Source: Campylobacterales bacterium (lineage in GTDB: Bacteria; Campylobacterota; Campylobacteria; Campylobacterales; Nautiliaceae). From it: a stretch of 57,471 nt of DNA. The translations under genes and the position numbers were made by a program. This document shows, piece by piece, positions 57,289-57,471 of this stretch. How positions within the stretch are numbered: position 1 is the stretch's first letter; each line of letters opens with the position of its first letter. Under the pieces are notes generated by a model. That model was given only the letters and a program-made list of their open reading frames with translations. It was not told the DNA's origin and made no database searches. The DNA lies in the NCBI GenBank assembly GCA_027019465.1, contig JALUWM010000069.1:1-57471 (forward strand), read 5' to 3'.

Positions 57289-57471
57289 CAAAAAGCCCCT
57301 TTTCTTCTTTTTGTTTAAATTCATATTCAAAATCAATTAAAGCCGCAAAATTAAATTTTTCTTTTAGATATTTTTGATGATTTTTATCTACAATTACACT
57401 GTTTGCGTGTTTGGTATATTTTATAATATAATTAATTTCATCTATTAAAAATTCATCGTTTTTAAGATTTG
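57281..57471 (-). CDS. 3' end of an unidentified CDS (partial, continues beyond the window end)
   Basis: Open minus-strand frame from the window edge to TAA at 57283-57281 (..KYLKEKFNFAALIDFEYEFKQKEEKGLFDD*). Confidence 0.5.
   Translation of the reverse strand, partial: NLKNDEFLIDEINYIIKYTKHANSVIVDKNHQKYLKEKFNFAALIDFEYEFKQKEEKGLFDD

Noticed and set aside
1-57471. CRISPR arrays, defence systems, toxin-antitoxin pairs, transposons or prophage remnants.
   Set aside because: None found. The only short periodic repeats (7-8 nt units without spacers) are far too short for CRISPR, and every large ORF has a housekeeping assignment or a plain hypothetical character.

Overview
This is a 57.5-kb, very AT-rich, gene-dense chromosomal segment with about 60 CDS and one tRNA, most of them on the minus strand. 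I found no rRNA, CRISPR array, transposase, integrase, prophage or recognisable defence genes.

Gene content and synteny point to a Campylobacterota (epsilonproteobacterial) genome. This is an inference, possibly a Nautiliales-like thermophile, and rests on four clusters:
- rppH-lysC-hobA-holB-folP, as in Helicobacter pylori
- cbpA-hspR
- icd-mdh-(two-subunit class I fumarase)-sucCD followed by oorDABC, as in Campylobacter jejuni
- a scattered flgH

The major blocks, in order:
- aspS, a feoA-like gene and adk
- an SQR-family flavoprotein, an MFS transporter and a UvrD-like helicase
- argB, queC, ybeY, tRNA-Lys and purL
- a lapB-like gene, dnaG and a PP-loop ATPase
- an 11-gene overlapping envelope operon: tatD, mltD-like, rlpA, hisB, kdsC, lptC, lptA, engB, GNAT, mreD-like, mrdA
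- malic enzyme, mog, rpiB and pdxJ
- the hobA cluster
- hemW, flgH, trpC, kdsB and pdxA
- the TCA/reverse-TCA cluster
- mltG, a large AsmA-like protein, hspR-cbpA, PMM/PGM and a Nudix hydrolase

The window is mostly ordinary core genome and I see no obvious novel multi-gene system. The observations most worth a second look are non-coding or architectural:
1. A dispersed family of short intergenic elements built from RTG-containing units at a strict 7- or 8-nt period. Two form long imperfect hairpins. Two are 27/29-identical copies sitting on or just upstream of gene starts.
2. A 74-nt head-to-head overlap of mltG and the AsmA-like gene.
3. A perfect FNR-type palindrome at about -41 of a tandem ferritin-like gene next to the oor genes.
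4. A TTTTTGTAAC motif shared by the malic-enzyme and icd promoters.
5. A 278-bp intergenic region with a structured sRNA candidate.
6. An exact 24-nt repeat spanning the stop codons of argB and queC.

All functional interpretations of these are inference.
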